Shown piece by piece: positions 51,315 to 64,000 of a stretch of DNA of 64,000 bases (position 1 is the first letter of the stretch; every line of letters starts with the position of its first letter). Source of the stretch: Schmidtea polychroa (Eukaryota); the NCBI GenBank assembly GCA_044892525.1, contig CM097887.1, positions 50,592,001 to 50,656,000 on the forward strand, in the 5' to 3' direction. The position numbers were made by a program, and so were the translations under genes. Under the pieces are notes generated by a model, which worked only from the letters and a program-made list of their open reading frames with translations, had not been told where the DNA came from and searched no databases.

Positions 51315-54151
51315 AAAGGTGAACCAATTTTGATACCAATAAATATAGCAGAAACTTTAGTGAATACGGTGAAGACGACATCGATGAAGTGTGATATGAG
51401 AGGTTCTTTTAGTGATTTAACCATTGCCTCGTTAAACGAAAATAATATCAATCGGAATTCAATGAGAAAGAGAAAATATCCTAGTAAATCTATGAAATGT
51501 CTGGCAATTCCCTTTGCAGTTATAATCAACAGGAACACATAGTATATAAGATATGAGAATGATTTCTCTGTCACTGAGATGTTTGTAAGCAGCTTTGAAG
51601 AATTATATATTGTTAGCGCAGGCGATGTTCTAAATGCCTTTTTAAGATTTGCGATCAAACTCATTTAATTATTTGACAAATCTCTACAATAAACAGAGAT
51701 CCATACTAACAATATGGTAGAAAGGTTCTGGCGAATACCAAACCACATGAGTGAAATTGTGTGGATATTATAAAATATTTCCCCACATTTTTTATTATTT
51801 AACACAATTTACAAATTATATATCCTTACAAACATTAAGATTTACGACACAATTCGATTGGTGTCAGTGGAGGGAAAGAAATACTTAACATATTCGAAAA
51901 GAATCGAACATTGTCAAAGATACAAATTCTCGGAAATAATATCCCAATGGATATAATCAAAAATATTGGTAAAATATATTCTGGTAAATCAGCAACCTTG
52001 ATTATTCGGGCTCAGATAATCTTGCCAGTAGAAATGCAGAAATCTCTCAAGCCAATGAAAGATTGAATTCCCGGTCTGATAGAAATGGGAAGTTGATTAA
52101 TTATGAAAATACGAGAAAATTACAAACCTTGGATTTGCTCGATAGAATAGATCAACAAAACAACGGATTGAGAATGAGCGATAAGAAAAGCTTTTCGAAA
52201 ATTATTCAATTGGAGAAATTGTTAGATGAAAGAAAACAGAAATGCCAACAATTGAATGCCAAGTTTGTTTAATTATTTTATTCTAATAAATTTAGCCGTT
52301 GAATTAATTTTGGCTTTCAGTATCAATTTAACGGTCTGATATCCTCATCAAATTGTCTCTTTTTTGTGAATATTTTACGGATTTTTTATGCTGTTACAAT
52401 CCTTTACATCGCATTCTTCTTCATTAACTTCAATAATAATAATAATAATAATAATAATAAACAACTTGTTTGATTGAATAATAATATTTATTCAATAACA
52501 TTTATATATTGAATATTCATAGATGATAATTATTAAATCAATAATAATTCAAATTTGAATTTTACTATTAATAATCAATAATTATTATTATTAATTATGT
52601 TTTTTTTATTTTTTAAATATGATATTTATATAAATCAAGGTATGAAAACAAAATATGAATATAATAAAAATAATAATAATAAATGATAATAAAAATAAAT
52701 AAATAATAATTGACCCAAAAGATGCTATTAAATGTTTTTAAAAAAATTAAGCGAAACCAACTTGTTAATAAATGAAATTAATACCGAGAATATCACCAAA
52801 CTTCTTACTGTTATCCTTGAAAACACCTATTTTACCTTTGAAATAATAATATATAAACAAGTTAAATATCTGCCAATTCGTTTTAACATCTCAGGATTAT
52901 CAGCAATTAACCTTATGGATAACCTCGAATGGCCGCCTATGAAGACCATATAATACATCGGGTTCTACGCAAGATATGTAGATAATATCTTTATTACGAC
53001 CAAGAGTTTAAAAAAGCAAAGAAATATATCATTTATTCAATGCAGCTCACCGAAATATTAAGTTTAAAATCGAATATCCGGAAAAATGGAACGCTCAATC
53101 TACCGAGCTTAAAAATTAAAATAGAAGTAGATACTCTAACCTACGGATTCTACAAAACCCAGCTCACAATGTTTATGACCAAAGATCAGCACTTCTATAC
53201 TTACAGTAAATGTCATAAAAAGCTAGAAACAAAGGATATCCAATCGATTCACTGAGGAAAATCAGAACTATAAACAGCAAATCAACTTCAATAAAGTCCT
53301 ACACAGAAACAAATATCACAGTAAGGACATTGAAAAAATGAATTCAACCCCCAAAAAGATCTAGGGATAAAACACAAAATAAGAAGAAATATTTTATCTG
53401 AATATTCCATTCATCAGCGACATACTCGATTTCAAGATCCTGAAAAAACTTAAACGCACTGGCCTTTCGATTCACATAGCACATAAATTTTGGACATTGG
53501 GAAAAGCTCTGGCAAACAGCACAAAAATAGAAAACAACTGCATAATGAAAAACTGCTTTCGAAAAAATGTATACAAAGAAATATACATTGGAAGTACGCT
53601 CAGGACCTTGCATCAAAGAGTTAAAGAACACCTAGATCCCGGTGGAAAATCCTCGGTATACATACATCTCGAAAAAGAGAAAAGAAAGAAAAAATATTTT
53701 AATTGAAATCTTAGTCAATAAAAACACCCAAAAGAAAAATGTCAGATTTAATGAAGCAATTCTCATCATAAACAACCGGCCAACAATCAACAATTGCGTA
53801 TATAAATAGTTATTGGAAACTATATTTTTATAAATATTTTATGATATTATTTATTAAAACAAGTTACTATAAGCTAATTATAGAAGCTTTAATAACTTGA
53901 AATTTTTTTATTGCTTTGTTTTGAATTTTAGAGGATATTTGATAAAATTAATTTCTAAACTCTTCTAAAAAGTTTATTTTTAACCAATGAAAAGTAAGAA
54001 AAAGGAAATAAAATTGAAGATCAAAAGCATTTGAAAATAGAAAAAACTAAATTCCAGGAAATTTCCAGAAAATCGCAGCAAAAGGTTTAAATTATCATTT
54101 AGTTGTTTAACAATTAATTAATGTTGCTACCAAGAAATCATCACTTTATAC

Positions 54152-54182
<31 letters not shown>

Positions 54183-57100
54183 AAATATTGATTTGTCCTA
54201 AATTGTTTCCATTTTAAAATTCTTTACATTCTTCCCCATCAACTACCATGCTAAAATACTCCATTGATTAAGAAAGATATAGTCCAAGCTCTACTAACCA
54301 ATAATTCAGCGAATATTAAATAAAATAAGTTACAAATTGCCCATTTCATTCTTGTCATAGTACTTTGTGATAAAGTTCATGCTGTTTTCTCTACCTGACA
54401 TATTTTCATCTCCTCAAGTAATATAGACTTGTCATTTCAGCCTGAATTTGGCCGAATCAAAACTGGAATTGTACGAAATACAATTCAAAGAAAATGACGC
54501 CAATTTCCAGAAATCATTAAAAGAAAGAGAATATCTGGAACGGCAATATAATTTACAGCTTGATAAAGAAAAAGATGTAAGTTTTTAAACAAGTGTAAAT
54601 TAATATTTTCAATATTGTTTATGAGAATTAATAATTTCCTAATAGAGTAAAGGGATACTTAGATATTTATGCAGCATATTATATGACAAAGAGAAAGGTG
54701 ACTAGATTTGAGGTTATTCCTCATCCACCATTAAGCCCGAAATAGTCCCTTCTAATTATTGTCCGTTTAGTGAATTGAAACTGAGACCCAGAGGACAACA
54801 TTTCATGGATACTGACTGTTTACAAGATGACACGGGAACGTTTTTGAAGGGCTTCCACCTTCATTTTACTATGGTGCATTTGAGAATTAGTGGTGTTATA
54901 CTAAGAGAACTATTTATTCGCTATGTATTTTTTACTAAACGCTATGTATTTTATAAACACTTTCTATGTAGATAAATACACAGTATCAGTAGAGTAAAAC
55001 ACTTCTATGTTAATTAATTAATTCTAGATATTTAATACATTCGCTAGGTAATTAATTAAAAACGATGTAAAATAAATAAATGCCAAGTCAAGAAAACAAG
55101 TTATAAGTAAAATAAAAAAAAACGAAATGTCAATTAATAAAATCCATCAATAAATCTTAATTTTTTCTAAGATGTTCTTAGATCTTATTTTTTTTCGACA
55201 ATTATTACAAACTTTCATTAAAGCGGTATGTTTATTTATTATCCAAGTTTCTGAATATTTATAAGCCCAAATATTTATTTATTATAAACAAAATTAAAAC
55301 AAATACTGAACTTATAATGGCTAATAATTTTGCAGAAGTTGAAGATTATCAGTCTGATCTTGAGTCTGATATTGAAGTTACAAGTTTAAAGAAACCACGA
55401 GCCAAAAAAGTGTCCAAAGTTTGGACTCATGAAAAAGTATTTAAAAGTGCTGAAGAAGCAAAAAATGCAATTAAAGAAGAGAAGATATGGAGTTACTCTT
55501 ATTCCAACAAAACTGAAGATGGTAAAAAAGTTTACTATCGATGCAATCAAGTTAAATTTAAAGGTAAGCAATGTGATTCTGCATTAAATTTACCTTACGA
55601 CTCAAGATCAGACGAAGTTATTCTTTTTAGGGCAGAAGCTGAGCATAAGCATGAAGAAAACATGTCTAAATCTGCAATATCTAACGAAGCTAAAGAACTA
55701 ATTAAAGAGTTGTTTAAGCTTAAAATAAAACCTAAGAGAATGTTAGAAATCTTTCATGAACGAGGTATAAAGCCTGTTCCTACTACTATACAATTAAGAA
55801 ATCAATTAAACAAGATTAGAAATGAAGTTTACGGGCCACCAGTAATAAGTTTAGGTGAGCTTGAAAATTGGCTTCAATCATCATCTTCTGTACCAGAGTT
55901 AGAAGATGAAGCCTTTGTAGTCAATTATAAAATTACTTATGCCTATGAATATGAGTGTGAAGAGAGTAATGAAGAAAGCGATGAAGATGAAGGAAACCAC
56001 GGCTCTAAATTTAGATTTTTTATAAGTACAATAAGATTACTTAAGCTAGCCTCAGCATCAACAATTGTAAAAGCTGATGCAACTTATAAACTGGTTTGGC
56101 AGGGCTATCAAATTTTAATCATTGGTACAACCGATTTAGATAGGCATTTTCATTCGTTTGGCCTAGGTATATGTACCAATGAAAAAACTGCTGATTTTAT
56201 TAATTAATTTAATATACCAAACGATAAAGCCAATTGGGCCGACGGTAGTGCAATTGTCCAGCATTTAAAAAAAAATTTATTTGCAAGCATGTTGTCGGCA
56301 TTTCAATCAGACTTAAATATTGCAAAGTACCGGCAGTAGCTAAGAATATTTCTATTGGAAGTAAACTACCAAGAGGAAGACCAACTAAAGCTAAAAAGGC
56401 CTTATTAAAACAATAATTTCAAATATTTTTATAATAGTCTTTGTGAAATAGTCTTTGTATTTTTATGGATTTTTTTATTGTGTCACTTTTTGTTTATTCT
56501 TATGAATTTTTCATTGTTTTACTTAGTTTTTGTATTTTTTTACTTATAAAAATTAAAAATATTACCTATAATAAAATAATTAAATACCTAATGAATTCTA
56601 TTTTTTTACTTATATAATTAATATAATACTTAGCATTTTATAAATATTTACTTAGAAAAAAAAGATAAAGGCACTAATAAAATACATAACGTTTAGTAAA
56701 AAATACATAGCGAATAAATAGGAGCCTTTTACTAATAAAGAAATTTATCTTAATATTTAAAATAATAATAAATAGAAACTATTATGTTGTGCTGAATTAA
56801 TGAATATATGGGCCGGCAAAAAAAAATTTAGTTTTTCTACATCTATGAAAACTTTCAAAATCTGAAAAATATACAATTCATAACATATATTTGTGAAAAT
56901 CGCATGTGGAAGTATACTAAAGGTGTAAACTATATCAGAGCCTAGACATAGTCTCAATCAGATTCAATGACACTCTGGAGGTGACGTGTAAAACTTTGAA
57001 ATTCGCTTGTAAGCTTGGCCTCCGATGTTGACTCCAAATATTGGCGAAAATTGTTGCTCACCACTCCTGAATTACTGAAGATTTTTCCAGGCGTTAGGAC

Positions 57101-58415
57101 TCGTAATTCCTGAAGATAAAGCAATCCATGAGGTTTGTGTCGTATGAGTTCTTGTTTCAACGAACAATCGTTTCTTCAATGTCTGTGACTCTTGAAATGG
57201 CTGGAGAGCTTAAGTGGTAATCTTCTTCAATCATTTCACACACAATTATGATATTTCTTTCTGCAATGCTCGTTCTTGGTCTTCCTGAAACTTCTTTTCG
57301 CTCAAAAAGTGTTCGCTGTTCTGCAAACTCTTTGGTAATATATTATACTCTCCGAAGCCTAACGACGTTCTCGGCACCTCAACTTCCGACAAGAATGCAG
57401 TGGATTTTGGTAGCCGAAAAATGATTTCGTGTTAAAGTTAAAACGAATTTATGCCGCATTGCTTTGCCTTCATCATTCAGGCTAAATCATATAACCAAGT
57501 CTAATCGATTTATTAAAACTTATATCTTTTATGCTAAATCATTTAACCAACTCTAAGTTTTAATTTAAATCTTAAACTTTCCAGTCTTGTTAATGATCTG
57601 TCTTAGAAGATTTATTTTAAAATTTTTAACCTTGATCTTCAGATTTTTCCTGTCCGATAAAAACGAAGTTTTTTTGCCGGCCCCTATTAGGAATGTCGGA
57701 TTTTAAAATCTTATCAAAATATTTTGATAATTGTTTAGAGCGTGTGATATGTGAAGCATTTTTGATAAGAACTTTTATTTCTAAAATCAACGTGCAGAAT
57801 GCAATTAATACGCGTGTGTTGAATGTTTTTAATTAAGTTTTTGTATTTTGATGTATATTAATAATAGTTGTGTTAAATAATTAAAAAATAATTAAAATAA
57901 TATTTTTAAATAATTTTAAAAGTTTAAAATAAATGATTGTTGAAATTATATATATATATATATATAAAAAAAATAAAAATAAAATAAAAAATAAAAAAAT
58001 AAAAATAAAAATTTATTCAAATTTCTCAATAATTAAGAAATATTTAAGCACAATGAGTTCAGAAAGAAACGGTAACTCTAATACACCTATCGGACTTGAA
58101 CAGGATATTCATGTCATACCACTAACGTATTTATTTAACCCCCAGATTGCTCCATCAGTCCGCAATAATTTAATCTTAGCATTGAATAATCATATTATTC
58201 CTTTCCTTTTACTGAAGTTGACATTTTTAAAATTAAGTATCGAATTGAAATAGAAAAGCGATTTTTAAAAGAGCAATCCAATTTACAAGAGAGAATAGTA
58301 CAACTTCAGAATAAAGTGGGAGAATTGGAAATGAATGTCAACCAACAAAACAAAAATGTTTTCGAATTGAAAGACAAAATTAATTCGACAAATTCGGAAA
58401 TTCTGGATTATAAAG
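46748..58415 (+). CDS. LRRC45: LRRC45-like LRR + coiled-coil protein; exons 46748-46991, 50680-50741, 50781-50851, 50901-51079, 51840-51968, 52040-52262, 54441-54576, 58238-58415; 3' end not located
   Basis: In-phase GT-AG exons giving RI-like LRRs (LSLEWNQVG, LQALDLRNNQIG, DLRHNSIGVSGGKEIL, ILGNNIP) followed by coiled-coil. Confidence 0.75.
47492..47553. repeat. (TA)n microsatellite
   Basis: About 31 TA units. Confidence 0.98.
48469..48837. mobile_element. hAT-derived non-autonomous remnants
   Basis: CAGGGCCGTAAC..AGGGCGC-type end at 48469 and TGCGGCC..AAAAAGGTTCCCATCCATG-type end at about 48770-48837. Confidence 0.4.
49572..49811. mobile_element. piggyBac-type MITE (240 bp) with TTAA TSD
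   Basis: TTAA-CCCTTTCCAGCCCA ... TGGGCTGGAAAGGG-TTAA. Confidence 0.8.
51275..51309. repeat. (AT)n microsatellite
   Basis: About 17 units. Confidence 0.95.
52720..54010 (+). mobile_element. Penelope-like element fragment (RT + GIY-YIG), decayed, in LRRC45 intron
   Basis: ENTYFTF..YKQ, FYARYVDNIF, KEIYIGSTLRTLHQRVKEHL. Confidence 0.85.
54905..56726 (+). mobile_element. Internally deleted MULE/Mutator transposon with 9-bp TSD
   Basis: Inverted termini (CTATTTATTCGCTATGTATTTTTTACTAAACG); TSD TTATACTAA / TTTTACTAA. ORF 55317-56207 has YYRCN..C and ADATYKL..ILIIGTTDLDRHFH (MULE domain) and is truncated. Confidence 0.9.
56807..57686 (-). mobile_element. Internally deleted mariner-like element
   Basis: GGGCCGGCAAAAAAA inverted termini with TA flanks; minus-strand SGRPRTS..ERNI..VCEMIEED HTH-like remnant. 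Confidence 0.7.
57690..57870 (+). mobile_element. Penelope-like GIY-YIG C-terminal fragment
   Basis: Nucleotide homologue (inverted) of 38060-38230. Confidence 0.7.
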
Positions 58416-59057
58416 GTAAGGATATAAATAACAAAATTAATATTTATTTTAAATGAATAAAATCTTTTCTTATCTTTTTCTTTGATTAACTGTCACTCTT
58501 TACCAGCTCTAATCCACCATTGTCTCTTGGAGTTGTACTTGGATAATGAAGTTTAGTTGACCATAGTTATTAGATCGGTATAAAGCAGTATAAAACTCAA
58601 AGACCATTTCAAAAACCACCACTGGACACCCACTTGTGATTAGGTGATCTGTGGACGTAGCGATTTTTTTTGTATTGGAGGCTCCATATAGGATAGGTTT
58701 TGGGTTGTCCAGGAAGTATATCGGAGACAAATTCACAAGCATTTGGAATTAAATTTTCAAATTTGAGAAAGAAATAAAATTTATCTACAAAATTTTGTTT
58801 CGTATAAAACGTATATTATCTGAGAAATTTAAATTTAATGCAAATCTTTATTGTAGTTTTTTTACATTTATATTTGCAATAAAAATTTATTTTTTAATAG
58901 TTTTAAATTTGGGTTACTTTGACATTTTAAAATTATTAAAACTAAAATTTTAAACGATTTCTGTTCCTAAATAGAAGATTTATTGAAAAAATATATTAAA
59001 AAACAAAAAACACACAATTCTAGCACCATGTTCATGGATCACCTAACTGGTCGTCAC

Positions 59058-59080
59058 GGACCACAGTTTGAGAACCTCTG
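59058..59080 (-). mobile_element. Charlie/Buster-type hAT TIR, orphan end
   Basis: Reverse complement CAGAGGTTCTCAAACTGTGGTCC. Confidence 0.55.
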
Positions 59081-59420
59081 GTATAAAGGACCACGATAGA
59101 CGGATAACAACCAAAAACTAATCATATTAAAATAAGTTTCCTCAAATCAATAGAATGTGTAAGTTACCGTATAAATTCTAAACAGAAAAATTTAGTTCAG
59201 ATGTGACAATCCAATACAGAAACTTTTCGCCATAAAAATTTGATTATTTTTATTCAATATGAATGGCTGAAATCTTTGCATAAAATTTTGATAATTATTG
59301 GAAAGAATTTGATGTGAGGCATTTATAATTAAATTACAGTATATTTTAATTAATATTAAATCAGCAATTAATTTATTGATTATAATTATATGATTTATTG
59401 AGTCATAATACTGTTGTATA

Positions 59421-60227
59421 CACCCGTTTGCAGTGAACAAACGCATGTATAATATAAAAATAAAATCAATACCTTTATATAAACATACAAACTTACCTGT
59501 GTGTTGATTTTTAGCGTAGCAATGAATAAGCGCATTTAATATAGAAAGTGAGAAATTGGTAGAAAAAAATAAACTGACACACAAAAACACAACACATACT
59601 AAAAATGCATGCAAATTTTCGATATGTCGAATCGTTGTAATGAATAAACGCACTAAAATAAATCATTTAAAGACATTTTTAGAAATTAGACCGAAAAAAT
59701 TTTGACGAAAATTCCGAAAACTCAACTTTGAGTTGTATAGATAATAGACATTATTTCTTAAGATTTATCTTCAATTTTTAATAAATTTAATATTAGTTTT
59801 TTTTAATAGAACATAAGAAAATTCGACTAAATTACTTTATTTATTTATAATTAAAAATATATCTGACTTACATTATATCGAAATAATTCCAAATAACTTC
59901 ATAAAATTACATAAAAATCCTAAAAAACTTTTAAATTTAATTATAATTTATAACAAAATTATTGATAAAAAGTAATATTTAAGAGCTCAAATAATGATCT
60001 CATATCTATATGGATAAAAATTCAACTCTTAAAATTTACTTTAAATAAAAAAGAATTACTTGAAAGTCATTTCTAAAATGGCTAAAATAGTTAAACATAA
60101 ATTACATTATTTCATTAAAGTAACTATGAATTACTCATGAATTACCTTATGAATTACTGCAGTGACGCATAATTGGTTGTGCACACCAACCTGTATTATA
60201 GATGCGGTTATTCACTGCAAACGGGTG
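59421..60227. mobile_element. TA-flanked MITE (807 bp) with 17-bp TIRs
   Basis: TA-CACCCGTTTGCAGTGAA ... TTCACTGCAAACGGGTG-TA. Confidence 0.8.
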
Positions 60228-60962
60228 TAATTATCAATTGCTTATATAAATTTAAGGATCTTTTAAAATCAATTGTTTAGTTAATTTTTTTGATATTTTT
60301 TATTAAATATTTATATTACATTTGATGCTTTTACCGTAGCTTTTATTTGTTTTGCTGTTTTCATATCATTCTTTGTCTCAATCTACCGCAGTGAGTAGGG
60401 ACATGTGAGATATCTAGCACCGTCTCTTCTGATTGGGTGAATAAAATCATGACACTACTGAGCGATAACTCATTCGATGGTCGTCGGTCATTTTTGAATG
60501 AGTCATGCGTGTGTGTGATGAATCACATTGGAGATATAGCAAATACAGTGAGTCATTGCACATTTTTTTGCTTGCGCTTTCAAAAAATTTCCCGGTCAAA
60601 AGATGTTTTTTAATGATCGCAATCGTCTAATTTTTATTTTGGCTCTTTATAACAAAACCGATATTTTTCTAAAACTTTCTAAGAAATCCAATAAAAGACC
60701 CTATCTCTTCTAAGTATTTTTAAACAGCTGAATTCTTGAAAAAATTACAAAAAATTTTACAATAGAATTTTCTCGAAATTTTCAGACACACATTTTAATA
60801 GTTATTTTAATATTCAAATGTCCTTCTTCATCATGCACTTTTATTGTACATGTTAATCATACATTATTATTATTATTATATCCACATTATCAGCGAAAGA
60901 ATAATATTCATCAAGTCTGAAATTCATTTTTGAACTAGAGCATTATGTATGATTAATGTTAT

Positions 60963-61556
60963 TTAGTGTTCATGTTTAAATTCAAGATCACGAATAATAA
61001 TTTTATTTTTGTATAATAACAATTTGTCCATGTCAATACCATAAGATAATGCCATCATTGAACAACCTAATGGTCGCATCTCAGTTGATTGGGAATAAAG
61101 CTGATTAATATCCGCAATAGAACGACATATTATGTCACAAAGCATTTCATATCCATGTTTATATCTACATCGAGCTGCTTCCATTTGTGCACGACATACT
61201 TGATATCGATAATCAGGGATCATACCAGTCATGACACCTCCAGTACTTTCAGTAATATTAAACAATCTTGTAGCTGAACTCTTCTCAATCATTTTATCTG
61301 GAACCTTTCTTTGTGTAGCTACTACATCACAATTATTGCATCGAATACCCACGGAAATCCGTCCACCAAATAAATTTAATATTAATTGGCCAAAAACACC
61401 ATTAAAGTTATCAGGATCTCTTGGGATCATAAAAAAGGAACCATCAGTTTCGTTGGTAGTATTTCCAATTTCCATTGAGTTATCAGATTCATAAATTTCT
61501 TCATTAAAAGCAGCCATCATTAACAATTTCCTTAAATCGAAACATAACTCATCCAA
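60963..61556 (-). pseudogene. PSMA6: Chimeric ORF: unrelated acidic N-terminus fused in frame to an intronless proteasome alpha-6 fragment
   Basis: Codons ~64-183 (RISVGIRCNNCDVVATQRKVPDKM..GVMTGM..RAQMEAA..YKHGYEM..RSIADINQLYSQSTEMRPLGCSM) match PSMA6. Both PSMA6 ends are missing. Confidence 0.85.
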
Positions 61557-61949
61557 TACAATCGATCGATAAAAATCAAAATCTAAAAATTAGAACAACT
61601 TACAACCAAACTAATTAATAAAATTGTCCTACCTCTTGCTCGCGTCTGTGTGCGCACACAAGCCAAAAACAAAGAAAAGAAAAGCGCACACAGACGCGAG
61701 ATAAACTAACAACCCAACACAAAAATGACATTGCTCGCGTCTGTGTGAGCACACAAACCCATCACACAATACAACGCGCATTGAGCTCACAATTTTCCAT
61801 TTAGAATTAATATACAACTCGTTATCGAGTTGTCAGCGATTTTTTGAATTCGAAATATATATCTTTCTTAAATCTGCATATATATTGCAATGACTTTGTT
61901 AAACATGTATTTATTACTACACAATTCTTTGTTAATACATATATAATAA

Positions 61950-64000
61950 GTTTGAGCGCCCTGGGCTAAATAAAATTTTGCACCCCTACATACAGTTATT
62001 ATAAAAATTCAATTTTATTTTCAAGAATTCAAAACTTAAATATGTATTTACGCAAAACAAAATTCAAAAAATTTATATAAATACGTTAATTAAATATTAA
62101 TTTTTAATTTAAATATGTCTTTTGCGGCATTTATTTTTAGCAAATATATCTATAATTTTCTTGTGGTCCAGTTTCTCAAGGACATCCGATTCTATTGACA
62201 AAATACTTAAATTATTTAATTTGTATTGTCCTAAAGATGATCTTAGACGACCTTTCTCCGCTTCAATTTGTACAGGCGATACTTAAATATATTCGTAGAG
62301 CTGTTGTTATATTCGGAAAAGTGCATTCAATTTGCGATTCAATTATTGTTCTTAAAATTTGCTCAGATTTAGATAATGCTGTTAAGTTATCCGATATTAA
62401 ATTTACATGTTTAAAATGTAAACATTCCTCGATTAGACCATTTTCAAGATCATCTGGGTATTCTTTATATAAAATAGTTGCTTTTTCTCGTATCATATTT
62501 TCGTCGAAATGTTTTAAATTCATTAAAATTCCAAATTTAGTGGCAATGCGATCATATGCAGATTTCCGTTTTTTTATTTCTGCCAAAAGTTTATCAATAA
62601 TTACATAAAAATATTTATACGGAAATTACTATTTTTATCAAATTGTGTGTCGGCTGATGTCCCTTCATCGAACTGCTTTTTTCTTTTAACAGTTCCTGCA
62701 GTTTTAAATTCAAAACAACCCGATAGATTTTCTCATTTCTTTTTGTAATAATTAAATGAATCTTTATTTCGACGTTCTTCAATATATGTTTCCAATGAAG
62801 TGTATAATTTAACCACTGTTTCAATTTCAATTTCAACTTTCTGGAGGCTAACATTAATTTTATTCATGGTTTCCAGAATATCATTTCAAAATGAAAGCAT
62901 AAAACCAGTTTCGAGAGAATTGAACTGCTTTTTCAAACCTTCTGCTTCAATTCTAGTGGAACATTTCTCTGTTAAATCTGTAAATATATCATTAAGAGCA
63001 TGCTTAAAATATTCATATCCGAGAACTAAAGCATGAACGGATTCGGCACGTGCTGACCATCGAGTGCTGCTCAGTGATTTTGGCATCTTATATTTCACAG
63101 ATAAGCGACGTTTCAATATTTCCCAACGGACAGTTGAAGCAGCGAAAAAATTATATATACTCTGAACGAAAAAAAATAACTTCGTGGCTTCCAAACAACT
63201 TTCTGCAGCACACTCACCTATTAAATTCAGAGAATGGGATGCACATGGTACATAAATAGCCAAATTATTTTTTAACTTTATTCGTACCTGAAGTCCGCTA
63301 TAAATTCCTGGCATATTAGAGGCATTATCATAAGATTGCCCCCTACAATCTTCTAAATCAATTCTGTATTTTTCTAAGAGTCCTATTACGCATTTTTCCA
63401 TTTCTTCACTTTTATGACCGACATTTTCAATAAAATTTAAAAATCTCTCTACAGGAGTTCCCGCAGTGTTCACATATCTAACAACAATTGTGAGCTGATC
63501 TAAGTGTGAAATATCGGGTGTTGAGTCAATTATGATAGAAAAATATTTGGCTTCCTTTAATTCTGCAATAATAGAGCTTCGAACATTGTTACCTAGAATT
63601 TCAAAAAATTCATCACAAATTATTGATGACAAATATGATACTGTCCCTTTTCCTTTATTTGAAAAATCCAGTAAATGTTGCTGTAACGGTGGATCGAATT
63701 TTGCTAGTAACTCTATACATCCCAAATAATTTCCATTACTTTTATTGCCAATAATTTCATTGCTGCCCTGAAAAGCCAATCCTCTCGAAGACAAAAAAAT
63801 AATTACTTCAACAATTCGCTCTAAAATACTTTTCCAATAATTTATATTTTTGGTCGTCTCTATTATGGAAATATTTTTAAAATTGTCTCGTTGACCATTT
63901 ACTCGATTTATATATATTCGCGTATTTTTTTGATGTTGAGCAGAGTTTTCATGTTGTGTAATCATTTCGACATGTTTCCAATCATTAAATCCATTAATCA
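61950..64000 (-). mobile_element. hAT transposon (ZMYM1-like transposase) pseudogene, continues beyond window
   Basis: FSIIIDSTPDISH.DQL, CRGQSYDNASNM, YVPCASHSLNL, LSSTRWSAR and C-terminal ALRIYLSIACTN; stops at 62886-62888 and further 3'. Confidence 0.92.

Noticed and set aside
7035-59080. One giant hAT element bounded by the two Charlie-type TIRs
   Set aside because: The 8-bp flanks differ (ATCTAAAC vs GTATAAAG) and the TIRs are not identical; treated as independent remnants.
1-64000. CRISPR arrays, rRNA or tRNA genes
   Set aside because: None seen. The sequence is eukaryotic, and the short repeat arrays (45835-46411) are MITE subterminal repeats without unique spacers.

Overview
AT-rich animal genomic DNA with very short GT-AG introns (39-53 nt), compatible with a planarian-like flatworm (inference only). 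Two spliced host genes are present: a catalytically dead CRMP/UNC-33-type dihydropyrimidinase homologue (34.4-39.9 kb) and an LRRC45-like gene (46.7 kb to at least 58.4 kb). The rest is mostly decayed mobile DNA (hAT, Tc1/mariner, MULE, piggyBac-type MITE, Penelope-like, Gypsy). The outstanding feature is a head-to-tail array (15.27-28.84 kb) of three nearly identical 4548-bp units. Each unit is bounded by 57-bp terminal inverted repeats, and the units are joined through (AT)12, forming perfect 138-bp palindromes. Each carries a disrupted ~655-codon ORF beginning with a parvovirus/adintovirus-type phospholipase A2 domain and a divergent spliced basic S/R-rich gene, but no recognisable replicase or transposase. 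Around the array lie large solo-LTR-like units (TGTT(T/G)GG...CCAACA, 4-bp TSDs) that carry their own ORFs. Three intronless host-gene fragments (actin, immunophilin-type TPR, proteasome alpha-6) are embedded in TE-like contexts, and there is a candidate Penelope-type hammerhead ribozyme. All alignments were done by eye; no searches were run.
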